Origin: an uncultured Phycisphaerales bacterium
GTDB taxonomy: Bacteria; Planctomycetota; Phycisphaerae; Tepidisphaerales; Tepidisphaeraceae
Length of the DNA stretch: 64,000 bases
Assembly: GCA_963844715.1 (NCBI GenBank)
Contig: CAWJPJ010000007.1
Span: 288,001 to 352,000, forward strand
Direction: 5' to 3'
In this document: positions 39,676 to 51,399 of the stretch, piece by piece
Layout of the letters: each line of letters opens with the position of its first letter
Position numbering within the stretch: the stretch's first letter is position 1
Made by a program: the position numbers and the translations under genes
Notes under the pieces: generated by a model
Database searches by the model: none
The model's input: the letters and a program-made list of their open reading frames with translations, nothing else
What the model was told of the DNA's origin: nothing

Positions 39676-41256
39676 ATGTCCGATCTGGTCCAAGTTCGCC
39701 GGGCACTGATCAGCGTTTCCGACAAGACGGGCCTTGCGGAATTCGCCACCGCCCTACAGACCGAATTCCACATCGAATTAATCAGCACCGGAGGGACGGC
39801 GGCGTTTTTGCGCACCGCCGGCCTGAGCGTGATCGACGTCTCGCAGGTGACGGGGTTCCCCGAAATGATGGACGGCCGGGTGAAGACGCTGCATCCGAAA
39901 ATTCACGGGGGGTTGCTCGCCCTGCGAGAGAACCCGGAGCACGCCGCCGCCATGGAGGAGCACGGTATTCAACCGATCGATCTGGTGTGCGTTAATCTTT
40001 ATCCGTTCGAAAAAACCATCGTGCGCCCGGAAGCGACCCTGGAGGAGGCGATCGAAAATATCGACATCGGCGGACCGTCGATGATCCGCTCGGCGGCGAA
40101 AAATCATAAATATGTCCTGGTGGTGACGAACCCTGATCGGTATGAAAAAGTGCTCGGCGATTTGCGCAAGCACGCCGGCAGCACCTGCCAAAAACACCGC
40201 TTTAAACAGGCCCAATTGGCCTTTGCCCAGACGGCGGCGTACGACGCGGCGATCGCGCGATATCTGCGGACAAAACTGGAAGAGCCGCCCGAGCCGCTGC
40301 CGGAAAAGATCGAATTGAGTCTGGCTCGCAAGCAGGTCCTGCGCTACGGCGAGAACCCGCATCAGCTCGGGGCGCTATACGTGGACGGACGGCAAAGCCC
40401 CGAGGCGTCGGTGGCCCGCGCGACGCAATTGCACGGGAAGGAATTGTCGTACATCAACCTGCTGGACGCCGATGGGGCGCTGGGGTGCGTGAAAGAGTTC
40501 GCCAATCCGTCAGCGTGCATCGTGAAGCACACGACCCCGTGCGGCTGCGCCGAGGCCGACGATCTGCCCACGGCTTTCCGGCGCGCGTTTGAGGGAGATC
40601 CCCTGGCGGCGTTCGGCGGAATCGTGGCCCTGAATCGAGAAGTGGATTTGCAGGCGGCGCGGCAGATCGTCTCGATCGACAAGCTGCTGGAAGTTATCGT
40701 CGCGCCGGGATTCGCGGACGATGCGCTGGCGCTGCTGAAGGAGCGGTGGAAAAATGTCCGGCTGCTGTCGGTCGGGCCGATGGGAGACCGCGACGCCGCA
40801 GAGCTGCACATGCACAAGATCACCGGCGGATATCTCGTGCAGCAGCGCGATCTGGCGGGAATCGATGAGACGGCGTGGAAAGTGGTTTCGCGGCGCAAGC
40901 CGACGAAAGAAGAGCTGGCGGACCTGCAATTCGCCTGGCTGGTTTGCAAGCACGTGAAGAGCAACGCGATCGTCGTGTGCAAAAATCGCATGCTTCTGGG
41001 GGCGGGTGCGGGACAGATGGATCGCCCCAGCGCGGCGCGGCTGGCGATCGAAAAAGCGGCAGAACGCGTCAGCGGGTCGGTGGCCGCGAGCGACGCGTTT
41101 TTTCCGTTTCCGGACGGACCCAAGCTGCTCCTGGACGCAGGCGTCACGGCCATCGTTCATCCCGGCGGGTCGCTGAAGGATCAGGACACCATCGACTTGG
41201 TCGATTCGCGCGGGGCGGCGATGGTTCTGACGGGCCGGCGGCACTTCAAGCATTAG
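39676..41256 (+). CDS. purH: Bifunctional AICAR transformylase/IMP cyclohydrolase
   Basis: RALISVSDKTG, GRVKTLHP, IDIGGP, LRYGENPHQ, SDAFFPF, GRRHFKH. Confidence 0.95.
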   Translation: MSDLVQVRRALISVSDKTGLAEFATALQTEFHIELISTGGTAAFLRTAGLSVIDVSQVTGFPEMMDGRVKTLHPKIHGGLLALRENPEHAAAMEEHGIQPIDLVCVNLYPFEKTIVRPEATLEEAIENIDIGGPSMIRSAAKNHKYVLVVTNPDRYEKVLGDLRKHAGSTCQKHRFKQAQLAFAQTAAYDAAIARYLRTKLEEPPEPLPEKIELSLARKQVLRYGENPHQLGALYVDGRQSPEASVARATQLHGKELSYINLLDADGALGCVKEFANPSACIVKHTTPCGCAEADDLPTAFRRAFEGDPLAAFGGIVALNREVDLQAARQIVSIDKLLEVIVAPGFADDALALLKERWKNVRLLSVGPMGDRDAAELHMHKITGGYLVQQRDLAGIDETAWKVVSRRKPTKEELADLQFAWLVCKHVKSNAIVVCKNRMLLGAGAGQMDRPSAARLAIEKAAERVSGSVAASDAFFPFPDGPKLLLDAGVTAIVHPGGSLKDQDTIDLVDSRGAAMVLTGRRHFKH

Positions 41257-41265
41257 AGCGTTCCC

Positions 41266-41938
41266 ATGCAATCCGCGCGGGAATTAATTGTCGAGCCGGT
41301 GGGGCTGAATGTTGAAACATTGGCTCGGCCTATCGCCTGGGAAAAATTATTTGGAAATGATCATCCGGTCGAGTTGGAGATCGGGATGGGCAAGGGGACC
41401 TTTCTCGTCGAGCAGGCCAAGGCTCGGCCGGAGATCAATTTCTTCGGGGTTGAATACGCCCGGTGGTTTTGGCGATACGCCAGCGACAGGCTGCGGCGGA
41501 ATAACTGCCTCAACGCCCGGACCGTGCGGGCCGAGGCAAACGTATTTTTTGCGGGAATTCATTTCGGACGGCACGCTTTCGGCCGTGCATATCTATTTCC
41601 CCGATCCCTGGCCGAAAAAACGGCATCACAAGCGGCGATTGATCCAGACAGGATTTGTGGGGGAGGTGATCCGCGTGCTGAAGACCGGGGGGATCGTGCG
41701 GATTGTTACGGATCATGCGGAATATTTTGAGCAAATCGAGCAGGTCTTGGCGGCGTCGGCGCTGGCAAGGCGGGACTATATCCCGGCGCAAATTGCCCCT
41801 CACCCTAACCCTCTCCCCGAGTACAGGGAGAGGGGACAGACGGCTGAAGAGGCGGAAATCGTCGGAACCAACTTCGAGAGAAAGTACCGCCGGGCGGGGC
41901 GGGCTTTTTTTTCGGTCATGTCCGAGAAAATCGCGTAA
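41266..41938 (+). CDS. trmB: tRNA (guanine-N7)-methyltransferase (indel near 41550; in-frame repeat insertion)
   Basis: ELEIGMGKG, FFGVE, YFPDPWPKKRHHKRRL, TDHAEYF, TNFERKY. Confidence 0.9.
41795..41837 (+). repeat. GC-rich palindromic element, copy 2, inside the trmB coding sequence
   Basis: GCCCCTCACCCTAACCCTCTCCCCGAGTACAGGGAGAGGGGAC; hairpin CCCTCTCCC/GGGAGAGGG; translated as APHPNPLPEYRERG. Confidence 0.75.
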
Positions 41939-41996
41939 TTCATTCAACTTTCGCCCGGGTCGCGTCCGATAACAGGGATAGCTCCAATAGAAGAGG

Positions 41997-42452
41997 TTGC
42001 GCATGATTAAAGGTTTAATGATCGCGGCGTTGGGTCTTGCACTGGTTGGCTGTTCGAGCGACGGGCAGACGTCGATGCTGCCGAATCCGGATGGGAATCT
42101 CCGGCGGACGTCGGCCGAGTTCGCGGCGGACGCCGCCAAGCGGCAGTACGAAGCCGAAGCGCCCTGCAACAAGGCGACCGATGCCCGGGCCGAGTATGAG
42201 ATCATGACGCATCGCATCGATCTGGTGAACCTTGCGGACGCCGATTGGAGCAACGTCGAGGTGTGGATCAACCACGAATACGTCGTCTATCTCCCCGTGA
42301 TGCAGAAGATGGTCGATGAGAAGCTCGATTACGAAATGTTCTTCGATCGGGACGGCCACCACTTCGAGACCAAGGGCGGAGCTACTCCGCTTCAGAGCAT
42401 TCAGATTTATCGCGACGGCAAGATGTGGGATGTGACGGCTACGGCCGACTGA
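41997..42452 (+). CDS. Hypothetical lipoprotein
   Basis: Lipobox LALVGC; GAGG RBS; start may be 42003. Confidence 0.7.
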   Translation: MRMIKGLMIAALGLALVGCSSDGQTSMLPNPDGNLRRTSAEFAADAAKRQYEAEAPCNKATDARAEYEIMTHRIDLVNLADADWSNVEVWINHEYVVYLPVMQKMVDEKLDYEMFFDRDGHHFETKGGATPLQSIQIYRDGKMWDVTATAD

Positions 42453-43485
42453 TCACAAGCCAAGCTCCGCGGCCGCATGGACGCGGGCGAGCAACCTGGC
42501 GGCGTTGTCGTGATAGACTTTCTGGATTACATCGATCGGCAACGATAATCCCCGCAATCGCGGCTGCGCAGTCCTCAGGAAGATCGGGGTCGAAGATCGG
42601 GCTTGGACCGTCGTAATCGCTTTCCCACAACATGCGATGAGCCCAGAATCGGCTGGCGAGAAAATCGAAGCCGCGGTCATCCCAGCTTACCTGGTCGGTT
42701 CCAAATAAAATCCGGTCTGCGTTTCGAATCACGAACTGTCGCGCTTCGTCGCGCCGGGCGCTGATTTCGCGCACCATCCAGCGAGTGGCGCTGCAATCGA
42801 GATACAAATTCGGGAAACTATCGAGAAGACCCTGAAGGCGATGCAGGTCTTCCGGATTCCCTCCCATGTGAGCCCCCACCCAGGGCCGGTCCCGGAATTC
42901 CTCCAGCAGCCCGGCCCACATCTCGTAATGCTCGTCGCGCGTGCCGTATTCGGCGGTGTCCTTGTATTTTCCTTGATACCAGATTTCCGGGTCGCCCATA
43001 TGGCTCATGAAGATCATCCCGCGCGCGGCCGCTTCGTTGATGACCGGGCGAAGTTCGGGCGAGTCAAGCCGGATTTTTCGTTTGAACATCGTTCCCGGCG
43101 CCATATGAAATTTAATGATGCGGCTGCCCAGGTTGTAAAACGCCTCGAGCCGGCGGAGCCAGTCGTCGATGGTGGGGTTCTGCCACTGCGGGACAGTGAT
43201 GAAATGCAATCGCCGGGGCCAGTCGCGCTGGAGATCCAGCGCTTCCTCCAGCGGCCCCATCGTGCAGAAGGCATCAATGCCGTAATGATCGGCGGCCTCG
43301 AACCAGGCTTTCCCGTGCTTGGCGGCCAACAGGTGGCAATGGAAATCGACAATCTTCCCGCGAACGGCAGGACGCGGCATCGGCTTTCGATAATCGAGAT
43401 TGAGCCGGTTAAATTCGCGCGGATCGGCGGGCGCAAATGCCGGAGGCTGAGGCGTCGTTGTGGTCGTCGTCGGAGCGCTGCTCAT
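42453..43485 (-). CDS. Amidohydrolase_2 family protein (indel near 3' end)
   Basis: VDFHCH, IKFH, SHMGDP, GAHMGG, RILFGTD, KVYHDNAARLL. Confidence 0.8.
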
Positions 43486-43526
43486 GCACCAAAGCGTATG
43501 GCGCAATGCGCCGGCAGGCAACTGCG

Positions 43527-46500
43527 CTAACCGGGATTCAGGCGGTTGATAACCTCCTGCATCGGCGACAGGAGCGGATTCAGAGCGGTCATGGCCTGGT
43601 TGGTATCGGCGCGGAAGGTTCTGGCGTAATCGGCTACCGTGCGCAGAATCTGAATGTCCGGCTCCTCGGCGCGCTGCGTAAATTTGTTCACGATGGCCCG
43701 GAGTTGCTCCGTTCGGCCCGCTTCCTGCAGGGCCGGAGCGTGACAGAGACGGTCAAACTCGGCGAGCTTGGCGGTCAGCTCCTGCCCTTTTTGCTCAACC
43801 TTGACGGAACTGGTCTGTATGAGGGTGGAGTTGCGCGCGGTGGCGGCTTTTGCATATTCCGTGATCGAGGCCAAAAGCTGTTTTGCCGGGGCGGCCAGGC
43901 CGGTTGCGGCATCGGTTATGCGCATCTCGATCTGACGGACCAGGCGGTCGACGCGCGGGTCAACGGGAGAGGCGTCGGCGGGCTTCTCATCCACGCCGAA
44001 GGTGTTCCGATCTTCCTCAGGCCCGTCAAGAATCGCGGCTTGCTGCCAGGAGGCGGCAGCTTGCACGCCCGTAAAGGTATAGAGCGGACCGAGGCGCCAG
44101 GTAATGGGCCTGGATGCGATCCCAGTCGCGATCAAGCATCGCCTCGATCTTCGAGACGATTAGGGATTCGTCGCCGACCAGATCACCCTGCGGGGCCGGG
44201 CGGATCAGCATGTTGTGCAGATATTTAAAAAGAAGGATGTCCAGGATGATGGTCCCCGCCAGGCACGCGGCGCAGATGGCGTCAACCGTCCAGTCGCGGA
44301 ACTGATTCTCAGAAATAGCCGCCAGGGCCAGGATGCCCGCGATGATCGTCGGGAGGAGCATGGCGTGATAAAAAGCGACGTCGGTGCGCGCCATCCGAAT
44401 TCCCAGGACTGCGTTGGCCCAGATCGTGGCGATGAGCGCCGCGATCCCGCCGGCAAAGAATGGATGCTCCACGACTTTAAGCGCGACGTTCTGAAACGAG
44501 CGATCGGGAACGTCCATGCCCCACAGAACGGCAAGCCCCACGAACGCCAGGCAAATGACCAGGCCGGGGAAAATTTGCATTCGCCGAACCCAGGATCGCA
44601 CCCGCGCGGCGTGTTGCAGGGGGGCGTCGTTGGACGGCGTCAGCATTCCCGCGGCGCTGGACAGTTCGAGGCTTTCCAGCCAGCCGAACGAATCGAAAAC
44701 CTCCTTTGCCTCGGCCATGTAAGCCGCGGCGAGTTTGCCCCGGAGGGCGCTGAGGATCGACCCGCTCTTGGCCTGCCATTGCGGCGTTTCCAGTCCGCGG
44801 TGGAGTTCGTGCAGACCCAGGCGAATCTGCTCCCCGTCAAGGAGCGTGGCGGCGCGCTTGGTCGGCTCCTGGCGAATTTTGGTGAAGGGCTCGGCGTCGG
44901 CGACGACTACAAGATTGTTCCCGACCAAAAACGCGCGGTAGGGATGCGAATCAAATTCGTACTCCGCGACGATGGCGTTGACGCGATAGAGGACAATGTC
45001 CTGGCGCGCGACGCGTCCCCAGAAATCGCGGCGGGCCTCCTGGGCGAGGCGCACCATGGTATTGCGCAACGGCCCGGGCGGAGCGGCTTCGAGAAATTTG
45101 TCGTCGATCACGTCGCCCGACAAATGGGCGACCACGCGATAATCATCATCCACCAGAACCGAGAGCGAGCCCTCCGCCGGATGATCGACCGGGGCCGATG
45201 ACGCATGGCTCCGCCCGTCCATGGTGCGAGTGATGAGCTTGGCGACGTAGAGCGGTCGATTGGAAGCCTGGCCGAGCGCGATATTCTGGTCGAGATCGGG
45301 CTGGCCCCCCGAGAGATTTGCCGCCCATTTGATCAGACGCAGGCGAATATTCGCCGACTCCCCCTCGTCCATTCTGCGGCCCTGAAAAAACAGCCGCAGT
45401 GCCAGGCGAAGATCATCCGGAGTGCGAACCTGCTTGGCGACCATCTCGTCAAAGAGTGCCTTCGGCTCGGCACGGGATCGCTCGTTGGGAATTCCCGAGG
45501 CCGAAGGACCCGGCGCGGGGGCGACGCGGGTTTCTTCCTCGACGCCGGGGATGCCGGTGTCGTCCTCAAGGGGAACGTCCAAAGCACTGAACGAATCGGA
45601 TGCCGCCGGCTCGGGGGCCGCGGCAATCGGAGTTCCCCGCCGCTCGGGCTGCATTTCCAGCTCCGGCTCGGGCGGAGGTGCCGGGGGTTCTACGACCCGG
45701 GATGGCGCGGGGCAGGGGCTCGCGCTGGAGCGGGGGCGGGCGCATGCGCGGGAGCCGGAGCCACCGCCCGCGCCTGCGACGGCGGTGCTGGCGCAGCCGA
45801 ATCGGTCGCGGGGCGCAAGTTGCAGAATCCCCTTCTCCTCCTGCGGATCGGCCGGAAGAGCCGCCAGGAAATGCAGCGGCGTCTCAAACCGGCGATCGCG
45901 CCGCGCGTACGATTTTCGGAAAACTTCATTCAGCCATTGTGGAACATCAGCGTTGAATTCGCCGGGCAATTCCGCGCCGCTGGGTCGCTCGCCGGTGAGC
46001 ATTTCGAAAAGCGTGACGCCGAGGGCGTAGAGATCGGTCCTCACATCCGGCGGCGTCCCGGTGCGCTGCTCGGGAGCGAGATACGCCATTCGATCTGCCC
46101 CGACAGACGCCGCGCCCGCGCCGGCGGCGGTGAGAGACATCGCGACGCCCACTCCGAAATCAGACACTCTCACACTGCCGGGCTCCGAGAAATTGCTGTT
46201 GACCGCGGTAGGCGTGAAAAGAATGTTTTCCGGTTTGATGTCGCCGTTGACGACTCCGCGCTCAAAGCCGTATTGGATGGCCGTCAGCACTTGGCGCAGA
46301 ATGTTGATGGTTTGCGGGACGGACAGCTTTCGCTGCGTGACCCACGGGCGCAGCGATCCGCCGGACAAATATTCGCTGATGAGGTAGGGCGGGTCCGCGT
46401 TCGGATCGAAGCCCAGCGGCTGGGCGATATTGGGATGCGAGAGACGGGGGAGACTGACGGCTGGCAGATTGAGATTGGCGATGTACACCTTGTCGGTCGC

Positions 46501-46626
46501 AATTTTGACCGTGGCGAGTTGATCGGTCCAAAGATGATGGTGAGCCCGCCAAACCTGCGCAGCGGGGCACTGGCCGACGGAGTCGTCCAGAACATATTCG
46601 CCCACTCGTTGTTTCGATTGAGGCAT
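43527..46626 (-). CDS. Ser/Thr kinase-like (probable pseudokinase) membrane protein with Pro-rich linker and TM bundle (indels)
   Basis: HPNI, NGDIKPENIL, VSDFG, YLAPEQ, DLYALG..LFEMLTG; C-terminus continues in the 43527..44135 frame. Confidence 0.75.
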
Positions 46627-46731
46627 CAGGCCCCGCCAATTTTCTTTACGGCCCCGTTGGGACCATCAGATTAGCCGTAATGGATTCCACTGGCAACATA
46701 ATCTTAACTGCACTTCCGACAGAATATTGCG

Positions 46732-49544
46732 TCAATTGTCGCGTCCGAAGAGCACGCCCAGGGCGGCCACGATTCCTCCCAGCGCCATACCCAGATTCTC
46801 CGGTTTGACCAGACCGAAGGTCGGGACATGCAGCGAACCGCCGCACAATATAAGCAAGACGGCGGCGATCATGAAAACTCCCATCTTTTTCCCGCCAAAG
46901 AGGGCGGAGACGACCAGGATCGTCCCGGCAAAGCCGCAGGGATAGGAGCCTAGAAATTGCAATATATTGTGTTCGGTTTGCCGCGATACATATTTGTCGG
47001 CGGGTGTAGCCTGGACGGTAAGCGACTGGGGATGGTCGTTGATTGAGATCGAACCTCCGGACCCGGCATCCGAGGACGATTCACCGGCCAGCTGATCGCG
47101 CACGCCGCTGATCGTTTCGACCCCTTTTTTGCTCGCTTCCTGAAGGAAATGGGGATTGTTCTCGTACATCCAGAACAGGAAAGGGATCAGGAGCACCATT
47201 CCGGCGATAAAGCGGGCTTGCGAACCGAGCAGCAAGCCCCAGAAGCCGCCGTATTTCCTGTCGAGATAGGTGGCGCGCTCGCGGGGTTCTTCCTCTTCGC
47301 CCGCCTGCGCGGGGACGACGACCGGGGCGGGCGCCGGGGTTGCGGTTGCAACGGCGGCCGGCGCGGGCTGGCGGGGCGAGGGCCGTGGCGGAGCCGTCGG
47401 GGCGGCGCGCATCGAATCGACCGAGCGGCGGATTTTGTAACCCTGCGCAAGTATGTCGGCGGCGGATTTTTGCGCTTGCTGCCGCGCATCGATCTGTGCC
47501 ACCCCCTGGGCACGCAATCGCCGCTCCTCCACTTTGGCCAGATACCGCCGCTGCTTTTCCTCCTGCCGCAGGCGCATGCGGGCCTCGAACCAGGCAATGA
47601 TCGGGTCGCGCAAGCCGCCCATTTTTTGCGCTTGGCCCCGGCCGTTGTGCGCAGATAGAGCCGCCGGGCCCGCATCTTCGATTCGTACCCGAACAGCGAT
47701 TCGTAAAACTCCTCCCAATGGACGCCGGCGAATTTGCAGATGAATTGCCGGATGGTTTCCTCGTCCAGGCCGCGCTGGCGCAGCGATTTGAGCATCCCTT
47801 CGACGGGAATGATGTAGGTGCGCTTCTGGTCGTGGGCGAGTCGATCGATCGTGAAATAGTATGCCAGGGCAACGACCACGGCGGCGTTCAGGAAGCCGAG
47901 CACCCACCATTGTACGTCGAACAAAATCACGGCGCCGACGACAACCACCAGGAGGAGCAGCGCCCTGATCCAGTCGAAAAAGCTCGCACCGAAAATAAAT
48001 TGGCGGATTTTGCGGAAGAGATAGGTCCCGCGGGCGACTCCTTCGATGGCGACGTAAAATGCCAACGTGAAGACCGCCATCGAGATGATTCCAGCGGCAA
48101 ATTGGAAGCGCCGAGATAAACCAGCAGCGCGGCAATAGCGGCACAGAGCACAAAATAGGCGGGGATCAATTTGTTTCGGAGCGCCGCCAAGCAACGAGCC
48201 GTTGAACTCTTTGACCGCAAATTCCAGGGCTCGCGTGTGCTCTTCGCGGGGAGTAAATCGTTTGGCGTCCTGGGCGGCGACGCCGAAGAAATCTTCCAGC
48301 GCGGCGACAACCTCCTGCATGCTCGCATAACGATCCTCCGGCTTCTTGGCCATCATCTTCAGCAGAATCGCCGAGAGATTGGCGGGGATGTCCTTGGCGA
48401 GAGCTTCGGGAGGCGTTACCGGTTGCGTGGCATGCTTGGTGATGACTTCCACGGCGCTTTTACCGACGAAGGGCGGGCGGCCAGTGAGCAGGTCGTAGAG
48501 CGTGCAGCCGAGGGAATAGATATCGGCGCGGGCATCAACGCTAGCGGCGTCCTTGGCCTGCTCGGGGGCCATATAAGCTGGAGTCCCCATGGACAGCGCG
48601 GCGCCGGTGGCGCTGGCATCGCTGGCTGCCGTTAGGGCGGGGGACGCCGTGATGTCCGAAGCGTTTTGCCGCTTGACCAGCCCGAGATCGGCGACTTTCA
48701 CCAAACCCAGATCGTTGAGGAGTAGATTTTCCGGTTTGACGTCGCGATGGATCATCGCGTGGTCGTGGGCGAATTTCAGCCCGCGCACGGCCTGCAGCAC
48801 GTAGATCACGGCGGTTTCGGGATCAAGGCGTCCGGCTTCGCGGACGGCAGAGGCGAGCGTCTGCCCCTCGACAAATTCCATGCTGAAAAACTGCGTGGTT
48901 CGGTCCTCCCCGATGTCGTGAATCTGGACAATGTTGTGATGCGAGAGCTGCGCCGCGGCGTAGGCCTCGCGCGTGAAGCGAGCGATGAAAACGGGGTCTT
49001 GCGCGAGCTGGGGATTCAAGATTTTTACGGCCACTTTCCGGTCAAGAGAGAGCTGGCGGGCAAGATAGACGGAGCCCATCCCGCCCTGCCCGAGTTTTTG
49101 CAGAATCTCGTAACCGCCGAGGCGCTTGCCGGTCGCGCCAGGCGCGGACATCGCGGCGGCGGGGATGGATGCGGGTTCCGTGGGTTGCGTTCTCCGCGGC
49201 GGCGGGGGAACGGCGACGGCGGTCCGACCCGCCCGGGCCGGCGGCTGTGGCGCTGGAGGAGGCGGTGGAGATGCAGCGACCGTTGCGATAATCGAAGATC
49301 CGCCCATTGAATCGGCGGGGGATTTCCTTTTGGGTATCGGTTCGGTGATTCCGAGCGCCTTGGCGACGTCGTTGGTGACGCTCTCAGTGCGGTCGACGGC
49401 GACAATGAGCGGGGCCACGTTCGGGTCCTCGGAAATAACCAGAAGGAATTTCTTGCCGCACCCCACGCATTTCGGCCCGAAGCGGCCTACGCGTCCCCCC
49501 TTGATTTGCATCATGTGACCGCAATATGGGCATTGAACGGTCAT
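46732..49544 (-). CDS. Hanks-type Ser/Thr kinase with N-terminal zinc ribbon and multi-TM C-terminus (indels)
   Basis: CPYC..CVGC; GQGGMGSVY, VAVK, FTREA, IHRDVKPEN, DLG, GTPAYMAPEQ. Confidence 0.85.
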
Positions 49545-49698
49545 GCAACAACCACCCCGGATAAAGAAAATGACGGCGGCCTTGGCCCGAAGCCGCCGCC
49601 GGCAAGCTTAATCCAACGACACGACCGGTCAAACAAAAATTATAATTCGCGACGTCGCTTTGTGCCCCCGGGTTATTTTCTTGCCGCAGGGGGCTTGG

Positions 49699-51399
49699 AT
49701 GCGTAAGTTTGCCCTCGAAATGGCTGAAATTTCAGCATCCTCGGCATGGTTGATCCCGCTCCCCGGCGGGCCCGCGCTGTCGCCCCTGGAATTGCTGGCA
49801 AACTCCGACGGCGTAGTGATCGGACGCCACGAGCACTGCGACATTCCCGTACCGCCCGAAGCCGAGCAAGTTTCGCGGCGGCATGCGCGATTTTCATTGG
49901 AAAATAATTCGTGGCGTATCGTCGATCTGGACAGCCGGTGGGGTACGTACGTAAACGGCGTGCGGCTGACCCCGCACCGCGCGATGCCGCTCAGCGACGG
50001 CGACCTCGTTCGCATCGTTCCCTGGACCTTCAGCTTCAGCACGCGCGGCGTTCCCAAGCGCGGATTACAGGCTGTGGACGATCGGGACACTACGGTGACG
50101 ATGGTGCGCACCGTCACATCGATGCCGCACAAGCCGCTGCATGACGAAATGGTGAATCTCCTGCTGGAGAGCGCCACGGCGATTCACGCCGCCCCGGACG
50201 AGGCGACTCTCGCCAACGTGCTCATGGACATCGCCTGCCGGGGCACGGGATTGCCCAACGCCGCGGTGCTCGAGGCGCTGGACGCGCAGGGACACATTGA
50301 AGTCGCGGCGCAGCGGGTCGGCCCGTCGGCGCACGAACCGGCGGGAGCCGTCTTTAGCCGATCGCTTTTGGCCGCCGCATCCACCGGCGAAGTCGCGGAG
50401 CTCTCCGGCCTCGGCGCCGAAAACGTGGCCCAGAGCATCGTCGATATGCAGATCAACGCGGCGCTCTGCGTGCCGCTCATGCTCGGGACGGCGGTGGCGG
50501 CGTATCTGTACCTCGATTCCCGAAGCGGATGGGCCGGGGCCGCCAGCACCCTCCGCCCCAACGCGTCGGGTTTCTGCCAGGCGCTGGCGAAAATGGGCGG
50601 CCTGGCCCTGTCGAATTTGAAACGAATGGACGTCGAACGCCGCGCAGCGCAGATCGAGGCGGAATTGCACGCCGGGGCCGCGGCGCAGAAATGGATCTTG
50701 CCGCGCGGGCCGACCCAATGCGGCGCCATGGTCTGCGTCGGCAGCAGCCGGCCCGGCCAATACCTGGGCGGGGATTTTTTCGACGCACTGGTCCTCCCCG
50801 ACGGGAAGCTGGCAGTAAGCCTGGGGGATGTGAGTGGGCACGGCGTCGCGGCCTCGGTCCTCATGACCGCGGCTCAGGGGTTTTTGCACGCGTCATTGCA
50901 GAATCACGGAAACATCGCGCGGGCGGTCACGGATTTGAACGCCTTTCTTCATCCGCGCAGGTCGGAAGGAAAATTCGTCACGCTTTGGGCCGGCGTTTTC
51001 GATCCGACCGCGATGCGCGTCGATTATGTCGACGCGGGACACGGATATGCGCTTCTTTCGAAAGCGGATGGGACCTTTGATCAACTTCAAAGCGGGGACG
51101 GACTCCCGCTGGGGATCATGCCGGATTCAAAATATGCCACGGCGTCCTCACGGCTGTCGGCGGGACAGCGTGTCTTGATCATCAGCGACGGGCTCGTCGA
51201 GCAATTTGAGCCCGAGGCGTCCGCGCCCGAGCGGGGCGGCCGCCGGCAATTTGAACTGGCGGGCGTGCAGAAGGCGATGACCAGTGCGCAAGCGGAGCCC
51301 GGAGACGCGACCATCGAGCGCATTTTCCAGGCGGTCTTTCAATTCGCAGGAACCGAGAATCTGTCCGACGATGCGACGGCGGTCCTGGTCAACTGGTGA
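49699..51399 (+). CDS. FHA + GAF + SpoIIE/PP2C phosphatase
   Basis: FHA IGRH..C...VSRRHA..D.SRWGTYVNG; GAF LCVPL; GGDFFD, GDVSGHG, SDGLVE, SDDATAV. Confidence 0.9.
   Translation: MRKFALEMAEISASSAWLIPLPGGPALSPLELLANSDGVVIGRHEHCDIPVPPEAEQVSRRHARFSLENNSWRIVDLDSRWGTYVNGVRLTPHRAMPLSDGDLVRIVPWTFSFSTRGVPKRGLQAVDDRDTTVTMVRTVTSMPHKPLHDEMVNLLLESATAIHAAPDEATLANVLMDIACRGTGLPNAAVLEALDAQGHIEVAAQRVGPSAHEPAGAVFSRSLLAAASTGEVAELSGLGAENVAQSIVDMQINAALCVPLMLGTAVAAYLYLDSRSGWAGAASTLRPNASGFCQALAKMGGLALSNLKRMDVERRAAQIEAELHAGAAAQKWILPRGPTQCGAMVCVGSSRPGQYLGGDFFDALVLPDGKLAVSLGDVSGHGVAASVLMTAAQGFLHASLQNHGNIARAVTDLNAFLHPRRSEGKFVTLWAGVFDPTAMRVDYVDAGHGYALLSKADGTFDQLQSGDGLPLGIMPDSKYATASSRLSAGQRVLIISDGLVEQFEPEASAPERGGRRQFELAGVQKAMTSAQAEPGDATIERIFQAVFQFAGTENLSDDATAVLVNW

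Noticed and set aside
39313..41256. Apparent beta-propeller-PurH fusion (647 aa)
   Set aside because: A TAG at 39668-39670 and an ATG at 39676 fit two separate genes. The upstream gene already has other indels, so read-through is likely an artefact.
45205..46674. Long antisense ORFs (e.g. 45205-46674 +, 31793-32839 -, 7088-8041 -, 22130-23014 -)
   Set aside because: They are shadow frames of real genes in GC-rich DNA and carry no recognisable motifs.
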